From Candidatus Latescibacterota bacterium (GTDB lineage Bacteria > Latescibacterota > UBA2968 > UBA8231): DNA of 64,000 bases. Each line of letters opens with the position of its first letter. The stretch's first letter is position 1. The translations under genes were made by a program, and so were the position numbers. Under the pieces are notes generated by a model. The model saw nothing but the letters and a program-made list of their open reading frames with translations. It ran no database searches and had not been told where the DNA came from. Shown here piece after piece: positions 49,595 to 59,768 of the stretch. Location of the stretch: contig OZ253462.1 in assembly GCA_965261395.1 (NCBI GenBank), positions 64,001-128,000 of the forward strand. The letters are read 5' to 3'.

Positions 49595-52000
49595 CTAGTA
49601 AAACTGCGGTCCAAACTGGAAGTGAGTCTTCCAGCCAGCCGGCGCGCCATCGACATCCTTGCGGTCAAAACCATAGCCGAAGTCGAAGCCGATCATCCCC
49701 AGCATCGGCGTCTGGACGCGAAAACCAAAGCCCAGCGAGCGCCTGAGGTCTAAGGGATTGAGGTCGGGAATCGTCCTCCAAGCGTTGCCCGCATCTGCAA
49801 AGAGGATGCCGTACACTTGTTGCTCGGCTATCGGAAAGCGGTATTCTAGATTCAACACCATCATCGAGCGGCCGCCGAGAGGAATCCCGCTGGCCTCGTC
49901 CTTTGGGCCCAAAGAGTAATCCGGATAGCCCCGGACCTGTCCGTCCCAGTAATCAATACCGCCCGGAGTAAACAGGTCATAATACGAAATGTGGTTGTCG
50001 TCCCAGTCGGAAAAACCATCTATAACCGCGACTTTGGTCTCCAAACTCCAGACGAACTTCCACCAACTCGGCCGGTAGTAGTTGAAATTCACTTCGTGGT
50101 TGTGGAAGTCCACATCGCCAGCCACGATCGAAGTCGCGACCGATGGCGTGTAGCTAAAGAGCGTCCCCTTGGTCGGAAACTCGGCCCGGTCGCGCGTATC
50201 GCGGGTATAGATCAACTCAAAGCGGCTCGTAAGCCGATCTTGGTATCTGGGATCGCTTGCCAATGGAGCGTTACCGTCTGCAAAGTCAGAATAGCCTTGG
50301 CTATAAAGGCGATAACCCAACGAAAGGCTGGAATTGGCCGGTTTCTTCAACCGCCGGCCCACGCGCACATTGATCGACTTGCGATTGGATTTCCAGAGGA
50401 TCGAATTGCTATTGTTTAGCCGATAGTCGGCTCGCCGGTAGTCGTAGTACTGGATGTTTTGCGTATAAGCGCGCGCCGACAAACTAGTTGGGGTGTCGAA
50501 GAGCCAAGGCTCGGTAAAACCCACTAGGAATTGCTCGCGTCGGGTGCCAAACTCCCAGTTAAAGTCTAGACTCTGGCCCATCCCGCGGAAGTTGGGAATC
50601 TGCAATCCGAGCTGGCCCACCATTTTGTCGCGGTCTGAATACCCCGCCCCCATAGACGCTTGCCCGGTCGGCCGCTCATCGACGTTAAATACCATATCCA
50701 CCAGCCGCTCGCCTTCGCCTGTGCTATACTGAGGCTGGATTTGCACATCCTTGAAGAAGTTCAACAGAACTATGCGCCGCTGACTTTCTTGGACGAGATT
50801 CTGCTGATAAATATCGCCCGGACGCAATTCGATCTCGCGCCGGATCACCTTCTCCCGCGTCTTGGTATTGCCGGCGATCTCGATCTTGCGAATAGTCCAC
50901 GGCTGCCCTTCAAACACCTGAAACGACACGTCAATTGAGTCGTTGCGAATTGTCTCTTGCGGCACCACTCGGGTGTCCAAGTAGCCCTTCTCGTAATAGA
51001 CAAAGCGCGCCAAATCGGCTAGCTCTGGCCCCGAGCGCGCATATACCATCCCCTCCTGCAACTCCAGCTTCCCCACCAACTCGTCGGTGCCGAAGAGCTC
51101 GTTGCCCTCCCAAGCGACTTGGCCCAACCGGTACTGTAGCCCCTCGTCGATTTCCACGTTGATGAACAAGTGCCGCCGCGTCGAGTCGTAATAGACGCTG
51201 TCGCGCACTATGGCTGCCTGCTGAAAGCCCAGGCTGCGATAGTACGCCAGCAGCTTCTGCTTGTCCTCCTCGTACGTATCGCCGTTGAACTCGCCCTTGC
51301 GCCACCAGCGCTTCTCCTCGGTCTCCATCAACGACACCAACCGGCGCGGCTCCGGGCCTTGGCCGTCCCACTTTTGCGGACGCCGAGGGCTGCGCGCTGG
51401 CAGCTTGCGGCCGTCGATTACCGTGCCGTCGGCGCGGTGCTGGACCAAGCGGATCTGCTTGATCTGCACCTTGGATCCCTCCTTGATGTCGTATTGGAGG
51501 AATACCTCTCCCTCTTCCGCGCCGGCAAAGGTCTGGCCCTTGACCTCGGCGCGTAGATAGCCCTTCTCGCGATAGAGGTCGAGGATTTTCTGTTCGCCCC
51601 GCACCACATCCCTCGGCGCGATAACCTGACCGGTGACCAAGCTCAGCGCCTCCTTGAACTCCTTCTCTTTGAGATTTTTATGCCCCTTGAACTGCAAACC
51701 CTCTAAGGACGGATATTCTTCAACCATGATGATCAGGTTGATTCCCTCGGAGACGGGATCGCCCCATATCTGGATATCCTCAAAGACGTTGAGCCCCTGG
51801 AGATCGCGCACCGCCTGCTGCACGTTCTCTTGCGACAGCTCAACTCCAGGCTCCAAGCCTACCGTAGTCAGTATCAGCGACTTGGCCACCTTGCGCAGCT
51901 CACCCTGAACCTCGATCGAGACAACCTCCTGAGCCTCGACCGCGCTCCCCATCAACCCCACAGAGACTACTGCAAAAAGTATAGTGCGGAAATTTTTCAT
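49595..52000 (-). CDS. bamA: Outer membrane protein assembly factor BamA
   Basis: POTRA repeats (GNTKT.EKVIRRE), NF.G.GQ, TEPW, VRGY, EYRFP, C-terminal HFQFG. Confidence 0.95.
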   Translation of the reverse strand: MKNFRTILFAVVSVGLMGSAVEAQEVVSIEVQGELRKVAKSLILTTVGLEPGVELSQENVQQAVRDLQGLNVFEDIQIWGDPVSEGINLIIMVEEYPSLEGLQFKGHKNLKEKEFKEALSLVTGQVIAPRDVVRGEQKILDLYREKGYLRAEVKGQTFAGAEEGEVFLQYDIKEGSKVQIKQIRLVQHRADGTVIDGRKLPARSPRRPQKWDGQGPEPRRLVSLMETEEKRWWRKGEFNGDTYEEDKQKLLAYYRSLGFQQAAIVRDSVYYDSTRRHLFINVEIDEGLQYRLGQVAWEGNELFGTDELVGKLELQEGMVYARSGPELADLARFVYYEKGYLDTRVVPQETIRNDSIDVSFQVFEGQPWTIRKIEIAGNTKTREKVIRREIELRPGDIYQQNLVQESQRRIVLLNFFKDVQIQPQYSTGEGERLVDMVFNVDERPTGQASMGAGYSDRDKMVGQLGLQIPNFRGMGQSLDFNWEFGTRREQFLVGFTEPWLFDTPTSLSARAYTQNIQYYDYRRADYRLNNSNSILWKSNRKSINVRVGRRLKKPANSSLSLGYRLYSQGYSDFADGNAPLASDPRYQDRLTSRFELIYTRDTRDRAEFPTKGTLFSYTPSVATSIVAGDVDFHNHEVNFNYYRPSWWKFVWSLETKVAVIDGFSDWDDNHISYYDLFTPGGIDYWDGQVRGYPDYSLGPKDEASGIPLGGRSMMVLNLEYRFPIAEQQVYGILFADAGNAWRTIPDLNPLDLRRSLGFGFRVQTPMLGMIGFDFGYGFDRKDVDGAPAGWKTHFQFGPQFY

Positions 52001-52001
52001 A

Positions 52002-54470
52002 TTAGTTCGTGGTCGCGCGCTTCTTCTTCACCTCTGCGCCCGCATCCTCTCGACGCTCCTCGTCGAAAACTAGTTCCTCGCCCTTTTTGGTGATGCGAAT
52101 GCGACTGCCCTCGCCAAAGCGGCCCTGGAGAATCTCCTCAGCCAGCGGATCTTCGATCATTTTTTGGATGGTCCGCTCCAAATAGCGCGCGCCATACGCC
52201 TGATCAAAACCCTTGTCGGCGAGCAAAGTTTTGGCCCCAGGCGTAACGCGCAATTGAATGTCCTGCGGTGCCAAACGCGCTTTGAATTCCTCCAAGCGAA
52301 TATCTATGATGGCGGCGATGTGCTCTTTGTCGAGGGCGTGGAAAATGATGGTGTTGTCAACGCGATTGAGAAATTCGGGGTTGAAGGTCTTTTTTAAGGC
52401 GTCGTTGATCTTGCCCTCCATCTGCGCGTACATCGAGTCGGAATCAGACTTCTGAAAGCCCAATACACCGCCCGTGCCCACCTCCCGACTACCTGCGTTA
52501 GAAGTCATAATCAGCACGGTGTTGCAGAAATCTACTTTGCGGCCCGTGCTATCGGTGAGCCGCCCCTCGTCGAGGATTTGCAACAGGATGTTGAAGACAT
52601 CGGGATGGGCCTTCTCGACTTCGTCTAACAGAACTACTGAATAGGGGCGGCGGCGGACCCGCTCGGTAAGTTGCCCCCCCTCGTCAAAACCCACGTAGCC
52701 CGGAGGTGCGCCAATCAGGCGCGACACCGCGAATTTCTCCATGTACTCAGACATATCGACCGAAATCAACGCCTCGGCGTCGTCGAAGAGGAATTCGGCC
52801 AGCCGCTTGGCTAACTCGGTCTTGCCCACGCCCGTCGGGCCGAGAAAGATAAACGAGCCGATGGGCCGCTTGGGATCCTGCAGGCCCGCGCGACTGCGGC
52901 GAATGGCCCGCGCAATCGCCGCGACCGCCTGTTGCTGACCAACGATGTTCTTGGTAAGCGCCTCTTCCATGGCCAGCAGGCGCTCGGTCTCGGTCTTGGC
53001 CAGCCGCGCAATCGGGATGCCAGTCATACTGGCGATGACCTCGGCGATGTCGTCTGTCGTCACTTCGACCACTTCGTCGCGGACCGCTTCCTCCCACGCT
53101 TGGCGTTTGTTTTGTAGCTGTTCATTCAACTGGAGCGCCTTGTCGCGCAGCACGGCCGCGTTCTCGAAATCCTGGTGCTCGGACGCCTCGTTCTTTTTGC
53201 GGTTGATCTCCTGTATCTCGGCCTCGATCCGGCCGATTTCTTCCGGCGGGCTGAGCCGAGCCAAATGTACGCGCGAGCCCGTCTCGTCAATCACATCAAT
53301 GGCCTTGTCGGGCAAGTAGCGGTCGCTTATGTAGCGGTCGGCTTGGCGCACCGCATAGGCGACGACATCGTCGGCAAACTCCACGTGATGATGGCTCTCG
53401 TAGCCGGAGCGCAGCCCCTTGACGATCTCAATAGTGTCCTCGAGCGAGGGTGGATCGACCATGATGCTCTGAAAACGCCGCTCGAGGGCCCCGTCCTTCT
53501 CGATGTGCTTGCGGTATTCGTCGAGGGTGGTGGCCCCGATGCACTGCAATTCGCCGCGAGCCAAAGCGGGCTTGAACATATTGGAAGCGTCCAGCGTACC
53601 CTCGGCACTGCCAGCGCCGACAATGGTGTGCAGCTCGTCGATAAAAATGATGACTTCGGAGTTTTGCTGGAGCTCGTTCATCACCGCCTTGATGCGCTCT
53701 TCAAACTGGCCTCGGTATTTGGTGCCAGCGACTACTCCGCCCATATCGAGGGTGACCAAGCGCTTGTCGAGGAGGATCTGCGGCACGCGCTTTTCAATGA
53801 TGCGCTGGGCTAGCCCTTCGACAATGGCCGTCTTGCCGACGCCCGGATCGCCGATTAGGATGGGATTGTTCTTCTTGCGGCGGCTGAGCACTTGCGTGAC
53901 GCGCTCAATCTCCTTTTGGCGGCCGATCACCGGGTCTAGCTTCCCCTCGCGCGCCAACTGGGTCAGATCGCGACCAAAGTGGTCGAGAAAGGGTGTCTTG
54001 CTCTTCTTGCCCTTTTCCTTGCGACCAGTAGTCTTGCCTTCGAGTACGGCCAAGGTCTCTTCCATGGCCGCTTTGTAATCGACTCCAAAGGCGGCCAAAA
54101 TCTGCGCAGCAACCCCTTCCTTGTCCTTGAGCAGAGCTAGGAGCAGGTGTTCGACGTCGATGAACTGTGTCTTCATCTCCTTGGCCTCGTTGGCCGCTAC
54201 CTCGAGGATCTGTTTAGCACGGGGGGTATAGGGCACCTCGCCGATGGTCATGGTGCCACCCGAGGTGGTCACGTAGTCTTCCACCGACTGTTTGACCGTC
54301 TCCAAACTCAACCCCAAGTTCGTCAGCACGGCCACGGCCTTGCCCTTGCCGTCCTTGATAATGCCCAACAGCAAATGCTCGGTGCCGATGTAGTTATGGC
54401 CTAAGCGCGCCGACTCCTCGCGCGCCAGCTTCATTACCTGTTTTACGTTTTCAGTGAACATGTTATTCAT
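52002..54470 (-). CDS. clpC: ClpC-type AAA+ unfoldase
   Basis: Double N-domain (GTEHLLLG), [11 protein letters not shown] middle domain, [11 protein letters not shown] ClpP-binding loop. Confidence 0.95.
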   Translation of the reverse strand: MNNMFTENVKQVMKLAREESARLGHNYIGTEHLLLGIIKDGKGKAVAVLTNLGLSLETVKQSVEDYVTTSGGTMTIGEVPYTPRAKQILEVAANEAKEMKTQFIDVEHLLLALLKDKEGVAAQILAAFGVDYKAAMEETLAVLEGKTTGRKEKGKKSKTPFLDHFGRDLTQLAREGKLDPVIGRQKEIERVTQVLSRRKKNNPILIGDPGVGKTAIVEGLAQRIIEKRVPQILLDKRLVTLDMGGVVAGTKYRGQFEERIKAVMNELQQNSEVIIFIDELHTIVGAGSAEGTLDASNMFKPALARGELQCIGATTLDEYRKHIEKDGALERRFQSIMVDPPSLEDTIEIVKGLRSGYESHHHVEFADDVVAYAVRQADRYISDRYLPDKAIDVIDETGSRVHLARLSPPEEIGRIEAEIQEINRKKNEASEHQDFENAAVLRDKALQLNEQLQNKRQAWEEAVRDEVVEVTTDDIAEVIASMTGIPIARLAKTETERLLAMEEALTKNIVGQQQAVAAIARAIRRSRAGLQDPKRPIGSFIFLGPTGVGKTELAKRLAEFLFDDAEALISVDMSEYMEKFAVSRLIGAPPGYVGFDEGGQLTERVRRRPYSVVLLDEVEKAHPDVFNILLQILDEGRLTDSTGRKVDFCNTVLIMTSNAGSREVGTGGVLGFQKSDSDSMYAQMEGKINDALKKTFNPEFLNRVDNTIIFHALDKEHIAAIIDIRLEEFKARLAPQDIQLRVTPGAKTLLADKGFDQAYGARYLERTIQKMIEDPLAEEILQGRFGEGSRIRITKKGEELVFDEERREDAGAEVKKKRATTN

Positions 54471-54585
54471 CTAGTTGTCCTCCACAATCAGCCTATGTAA
54501 GTAAGGAAGCTTGATTCTCGACTATTCGGAGAGCATGAATTGAATATCGAGCATCACAAAATTTGCTGGATAACTCTTGATTTTG

Positions 54586-54614
54586 AACCTACCAAAAGGG
54601 CAGATTGTTGTCAA
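54586..54614 (-). promoter_or_regulatory. Internal sigma70 promoter upstream of clpC
   Basis: TTGACA-17 bp-TAGGTT; the -35 includes the mcsB TGA stop. Confidence 0.55.
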
Positions 54615-55675
54615 GATGACCCCTCCTGTTCGGCCCAGTACCGCCTCACCAGTTCGGCGCGGCGCACATCGCGATCTGCCGGCGAGAGATCCGCTTGGGC
54701 TTCGGCCTGCAAATGCGAGGGCTGGGTAACGATCATTAGCTTGTTGATAAAGCCGAAGGGCAAGCCGCCGATCAGCCCCAAACTACACCCTAAGCGCACC
54801 GCCGATAGCAAGTTCATAAACTCCTGACCGCTCAACACCCGCGCGTGTTGCAAAATTCCATACGCCCGCCAAACCTTGTCCTCCACTTGAGCAGGAGCGC
54901 CTGCCAGCAGGGCCGCCTGCGCCTCTTTTTCGTGGCTCATAATCTGTTGGGTCACCTCCGAGAGCTTCTCGACGATCTCCCCTTCAGCCACGCCCATGGT
55001 GGCTTGATTGGATATCTGAAACAGATTGCCCACCGCATTGGTGCCTTCTCCGTAGAAACCGCGCACCGCGAAAGCCATCCGGGCCAAACCGCGCATCACC
55101 CGCTCCATATCCTCGGTCAGGACTAAGGCCGGCAGATGGATGAGCACCGATATCCGCAAGCCCGTCCCCGTATTGGTCGGGCAGGCCGTCAAGAAGCCCC
55201 AGCGCTCCGATTGCGCCCACTCCAATTCGCTCCTGAGTTCGTCGTCGAGCGCATCAACCCGCTGCCACGCCGCGTGTGTTTGCAAACCGGGGAGGATGGC
55301 CTGCAAGCGGAGGTGATCCTCCTCGTTGATCATCACGCTGAGCGACTCGTCTGCATTGAAGAGCACGCCGCGCTGGCCCTTGCTTTTGGCGAGAGCTGGG
55401 CTAATCAGGTGGCGCTCCACCAGCAATTGGCGCTGATTGGCCTGTAGGGCGTTCATTTTAAAAAAGGCCGCATCGCGCATAGGGAGGCACTTTGGGGCAG
55501 CAATCAGGACCTGTTCAATGATTTTCTCTTGGTCTTTGAGCGCGGTCTTCGGCGCAAAAGGCCACGCCGCAAGGTTGCGGGCTAAGCGGGCACGGCAGCT
55601 AACGACCATGCCGTCGGCATCCCCTTCCCCGCTGAGCCAGCTAGCCGCATTGTAAACGAGGTCCTCAATATTCAC
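54611..55675 (-). CDS. mcsB: Protein-arginine kinase
   Basis: R.RLARN, ERHLIS, INEEDHLR, TACPTN.GTGLR, VRG.YGEG, QISNQ.T.G. Confidence 0.93.
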   Translation of the reverse strand: MNIEDLVYNAASWLSGEGDADGMVVSCRARLARNLAAWPFAPKTALKDQEKIIEQVLIAAPKCLPMRDAAFFKMNALQANQRQLLVERHLISPALAKSKGQRGVLFNADESLSVMINEEDHLRLQAILPGLQTHAAWQRVDALDDELRSELEWAQSERWGFLTACPTNTGTGLRISVLIHLPALVLTEDMERVMRGLARMAFAVRGFYGEGTNAVGNLFQISNQATMGVAEGEIVEKLSEVTQQIMSHEKEAQAALLAGAPAQVEDKVWRAYGILQHARVLSGQEFMNLLSAVRLGCSLGLIGGLPFGFINKLMIVTQPSHLQAEAQADLSPADRDVRRAELVRRYWAEQEGSS

Positions 55676-55677
55676 GG

Positions 55678-56187
55678 CTATTTTCCTTCGAGGACGCGGA
55701 TGTGGTCCCTGAGCTGAGCTGCCTCTTCAAACGCCTCTTCCGCTACCGCTTGGGCCAGCTTTTCACGCAATCGCTCCAGTTCGTCGGTCGCTTGGGCGCT
55801 TTGTGCCGCTTCCATCGGCCCCTTGCCTCGGTGCCTGTTGTCGCCGTGGATGCGCTTGAGCAGACGCTCTAGCTGTGGGGCAAAGGCATCGTAACAATGC
55901 GGGCAGCCAAGGCGGCCAATCTTTTTGAACTCCTCGTAGCTCATCTCGCAGGTTGGACAGCGTGCTCCCCCGTCGCCTTCAGCCCCGGCCAGCTTGGCCA
56001 GCTCTATCTTAATTTCCTTCACCAACACGGGCGCGTCTTCGGCCTGTGCAGCCGGAGCTATCCGCACCTTGATGTTTTTTTCGCTAGCGCACTGGTGGCA
56101 GAGCAAGAGCGTCTGTTTTACGTCATCAACGATATGAGTAAAGGCCACCACGGCCTCGCGCTTGGCGCACACTCCGCATTTTTTCAT
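55678..56187 (-). CDS. mcsA: McsB activator with CxxC pairs and UVR domain
   Basis: CGVC, CHQC, CPTC, GRLGCPHCY, RIHG..H.GK, EAFEEAAQLRD. Confidence 0.92.
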   Translation of the reverse strand: MKKCGVCAKREAVVAFTHIVDDVKQTLLLCHQCASEKNIKVRIAPAAQAEDAPVLVKEIKIELAKLAGAEGDGGARCPTCEMSYEEFKKIGRLGCPHCYDAFAPQLERLLKRIHGDNRHRGKGPMEAAQSAQATDELERLREKLAQAVAEEAFEEAAQLRDHIRVLEGK

Positions 56188-56876
56188 GTCGTGCCGTCTT
56201 CCATATGCAACACGCCCGCTTCTATGCGTCCCTGGCGATCCATGCTCTGGGCCAATTGGCGGTCGTGGGTCATCACCACAAAAGCTTGCCCACGCTCCCG
56301 GGCCAATCCGGCCAGCAGTTCGTGCAGAGCCGCGCTCGCCGCCTCATCGAGATTGCCCGACGGCTCGTCGGCCAGCACGACCAAGGGCTGGGTGACCAGC
56401 GCTCGCACCACGGCCACCCGCTGACACTCGCCGCCCGACAGCGTCCCAGGCCGGTGGTGCAAGCGGTCGGCTAGCCCGACGGAATCCATCAGCTCAAGAG
56501 CCTCCTTGCGGCGATCGACGCCAGCAACTCGCGCTGGCAACAAGACGTTTTCCAGCGCAGTAAATTCCGGCAACAGGTAGTGAAATTGGAATACGAAGCC
56601 AATGTGCCGATTGCGAAAGCGCGATAGGGCCTGATCTTCGAGGTTGAGCACGTCGATGCCGGCGATCCGCAATTGGCCGGCCGTCGGCAGGTCGAGCGTA
56701 CCCAACAGGTGCAGCAAGGTGCTTTTGCCAACTCCGGACTCGCCCATGACCGCGACCAACTCGCCCGCCCGCACTGCTAAGTCCACGCCTTTGAGCACTT
56801 CCAAACCCGCGCTGCCCGTGTCGAACACCTTGCGCAACCCGCGCGCTTCGAGGACGATGTCGGCTTGTTTCACCAT
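56184..56876 (-). CDS. lolD: Lipoprotein-releasing ABC ATPase
   Basis: GESGVGKSTLL, GFVFQFH.LLPEFTALEN, LSGGE.QR, DEP.GNLD; adjacent to lolC/E. Confidence 0.88.
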   Translation of the reverse strand: MVKQADIVLEARGLRKVFDTGSAGLEVLKGVDLAVRAGELVAVMGESGVGKSTLLHLLGTLDLPTAGQLRIAGIDVLNLEDQALSRFRNRHIGFVFQFHYLLPEFTALENVLLPARVAGVDRRKEALELMDSVGLADRLHHRPGTLSGGECQRVAVVRALVTQPLVVLADEPSGNLDEAASAALHELLAGLARERGQAFVVMTHDRQLAQSMDRQGRIEAGVLHMEDGTT

Positions 56877-56877
56877 A

Positions 56878-58143
56878 TCACATTATATACCGAATGGCTT
56901 CTACGGGCATCAACCCAGCGGCCTTGCGCGCCGGATAAATCGACGTCGCCAAACAAATGACCATGCTAATCGCCGCCACCAAGGCAAAGTCCACAACACT
57001 CATATCCACGGGCAACGAACTGATGAAATACATGTCGCCGGGAATGGAAATCAGGGCAAAGCGCTGTTGGGCCCAGCACAGCGCAAAGCCGATCAAGCAG
57101 CCCAAGAAGGTGCCAATGCCGCCAATGACCAAGCCCTGATAGACAAAGATGCGATAAATCTCGCCCACGGTGCAACCGATCGTCCGCAAGATGCCGATCT
57201 CGGGCGTTTTGATCAGCACCGACATGACCAAGATCGACATGATGTTAAAGGCCGCGACCAGCACGATGAGACTCAGCGCGAGGAAGATCGCCCATTTTTC
57301 CAACTCGATCCAGCGGAAGAACTCGGGAAAAAGCTGAGTCCAATCGCGCACCTGATAGGGATAACCCAACTCCCCGGCCAAGCGGTCGCGGATCGCAGGC
57401 GCTTGGTAGATGTCTGCGACGCGGATGTGGATGTCGGTAATCGCATCGCCCAATTCGAGCATGCGCTGGGCGTCTTCTATATGAATAAAAGCATAGTTGT
57501 CATCGTACTGGTACATGCCGCTTTCAAAGTGATCGGTGACAAAAAAAGACCACGGGCGAGGCGAGAAGCCGTCCATTACGGCTGCTTCCACATCGAGATT
57601 CTGCACCGTCATCAGCAATACCTCAGAACCCGGCCCCACGTGCAAGCGCCGCGCCAAGTATTCGCCGAGGACAATCCCCCGCTTGTTTAGCTCTGCAAGC
57701 AAGCCGAGGCGTAGCTGTCCTGCTGGATTGGCGTAGCGCAGGTGTTCGGTCAGGTCGGAAACCGCCGGAAAGGTCGCCGGATCAATGCCCCACACGGGAA
57801 TGCCATCGACCCGGCCCAAGTCGAGCTGCGAGGCAACAATGACCTTGGAGTCCACCACCGGCGCCGCGCCCACTACCCCGGCAGACCCTTTCACCTGCTG
57901 CAACAGCGCGTCCCAGTCCGCAATGGGGCCGCCGTCGAAGCGGCGAATGTTGACATGGGCGTTCATACCGATCAGCCGATTTTTGACTTCGCCGGCAAAA
58001 CCATTCGTCACCGAGAGGATTATTACCAAAGCCGCTACCCCCAAGATCACTCCACCAACGGCCATATAAGCGATGACCGAGAAGAAACCCTCGCGCTGTT
58101 TGGAGCGCAGGTAGCGGCAGGCGACAAACAAAGCGATGCTCAC
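56878..58143 (-). CDS. lolE: Lipoprotein-releasing permease LolC/E
   Basis: A.RYL, GVAAL..LSV.NGF, VAAFNI, EIGIL.T.G, YPA.KAA; GTGA overlap with prfB. Confidence 0.9.
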   Translation of the reverse strand: MSIALFVACRYLRSKQREGFFSVIAYMAVGGVILGVAALVIILSVTNGFAGEVKNRLIGMNAHVNIRRFDGGPIADWDALLQQVKGSAGVVGAAPVVDSKVIVASQLDLGRVDGIPVWGIDPATFPAVSDLTEHLRYANPAGQLRLGLLAELNKRGIVLGEYLARRLHVGPGSEVLLMTVQNLDVEAAVMDGFSPRPWSFFVTDHFESGMYQYDDNYAFIHIEDAQRMLELGDAITDIHIRVADIYQAPAIRDRLAGELGYPYQVRDWTQLFPEFFRWIELEKWAIFLALSLIVLVAAFNIMSILVMSVLIKTPEIGILRTIGCTVGEIYRIFVYQGLVIGGIGTFLGCLIGFALCWAQQRFALISIPGDMYFISSLPVDMSVVDFALVAAISMVICLATSIYPARKAAGLMPVEAIRYIM

Positions 58144-59235
58144 GCTTGTCCCTCGGTCAAATAGGCTCGGATGAAGCGGTCGATGTCTCCGTCCATTACC
58201 GCTTGGACATTGGCCGTTTCGCAAGCGGTGCGGTGGTCCTTGACTATGGTGTATGGATGGAGCACGTAGGAGCGGATCTGCGACCCGAAGTCAATGCTCT
58301 TCTTGGTGCTCTCCACCGCGAGCTGTTGCTGCTGCTGTTCGTCCTTGAGGTGCTGGTATAAACGCGCCTTCAGCACCTTAAACGCCGTGGCCTTGTTCTT
58401 GAACTGCGAGCGCTCGTTTTGGCACTGGACGACAATGCCAGTGGGCAGATGCGTGACCCGCACGGCCGAGGCGGTCTTGTTCACGTGTTGGCCGCCCGCG
58501 CCCCCGGAACGATAGGTCTCGACCTTCACGTCCTCGTCGTTGAGATCAACCTCGATATCGTCTTCGACTTCTGGATAGACAAAAACCGAGGCAAACGAAG
58601 TGTGCCGGCGGTGACTCGTATCAAACGGCGAAAGCCGCACCAAGCGATGAACTCCGGCCTCGGCCTTGAGGTAGCCATACGCATAATCTCCCCTAACCTC
58701 AATGGTTGCGCCCTTGATGCCAGCTTCCTCGGCCTGCTGCAGATCCACGACGGCGCACTCCATGCCGCGGCGCTCGGTCCAGCGCGTGTACAGGCGCATC
58801 AGCATCGACGCCCATTCGGCTGCGTCCGTGCCCCCTGCCCCCGAGTGAATGACCAAAATTGCGTTCTTGGGGTCGTCCTCTTCGCTGAGCATCGTGCGAA
58901 ACTCCAATTCGCCAATGCCCCGCATCGCGTGCTCGACCTCGGCTTCGACCTCGGTCAGCGCCTCTGCATCGCTCTCTTCGGCCGCCATCTGCCGCAGTTG
59001 GTCCAAGTCCTCCAACTGCGCGTCCAAGGTCTCCCAATCCGCGATGGTGTCCTTGAGGATGCGCGCCGCCTTGCCGACGGATTCACCTTGCCGTCGGTCG
59101 CTCCAGAAGTCCGCGCCGGCCATGCGCTTTTCTAGCGAGGCCAGCTCTTCCTTCTTACCACTTATGTCAAAGATACCCTCTCAGCCGCTCTAGCTGCTGT
59201 CGCCCGCTTGCCAACTGTTCCTCAATCGTGGCCAT
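58140..59235 (-). CDS. prfB: Peptide chain release factor 2 with programmed +1 frameshift
   Basis: 22-codon first frame MATIEEQ..RGYL, then CTT TGA C; SPF and GGQ motifs in the second frame. Confidence 0.96.
59166..59181 (-). promoter_or_regulatory. prfB +1 frameshift signal
   Basis: AGAGGG TAT CTT TGA C (internal SD-like sequence, slippery CTT-T, weak TGAC stop). Confidence 0.93.
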
Positions 59236-59749
59236 TGTCGTCTTCCTCGGTTTCGTTATAGCGATCAAAAAGGAGGCTTTCGTGCTTGCGCTCAGAGGGT
59301 ATCTCAAAGAGTAGCTGCCCCTCGTAAACCACGCCCTTGGTCCCCTTGAGCTGGTCGCTGTGTTGAATAAAAAACGGCGATCGCGACAGTGGGTAATACC
59401 GCTGCCCGCGGTCGTCAACGAGTTGAAAACACCGCGGCACAATCGCCCAAGCGAGCTGCAAATTCACCTGCAAACGCACGTCGATGAGCACGAATTTGTG
59501 GCCCTCGTCGGGCGGGCCGTGGAAAAAGTGCATGTAGCGCACCCCATCCGGGGGCACCGTCAAAGTAACTTGGTTGTTGATGTTGGCGAACAGGTTGGTC
59601 AAATTCTCCAGCTTGTCCGCCGATCTGCTCGTCAGGCTCACCCCAATGTAGATTGGCACGAAGAGGGTCACGCCGCCTAGGGCGATGCGGTTGAGCAACC
59701 GCAGGCGTCTGTTTAACTGCTTCTTGCGCTCGCTTGCTGGGATCACCAT
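59222..59749 (-). CDS. Single-TM protein with DUF4352-like Ig-fold domain
   Basis: N-terminal TM, P.EG.KFVLIDV, FQLVDDRGQRY, G.LLFEIP. Confidence 0.6.
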   Translation of the reverse strand: MVIPASERKKQLNRRLRLLNRIALGGVTLFVPIYIGVSLTSRSADKLENLTNLFANINNQVTLTVPPDGVRYMHFFHGPPDEGHKFVLIDVRLQVNLQLAWAIVPRCFQLVDDRGQRYYPLSRSPFFIQHSDQLKGTKGVVYEGQLLFEIPSERKHESLLFDRYNETEEDDNGHD

Positions 59750-59768
59750 GGCGTCTCCTCAGAGAACC

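Noticed and set aside
58140-59235. prfB as a pseudogene or novel recoding event
   Set aside because: It is the well-known autoregulatory CTT-TGA-C +1 frameshift.
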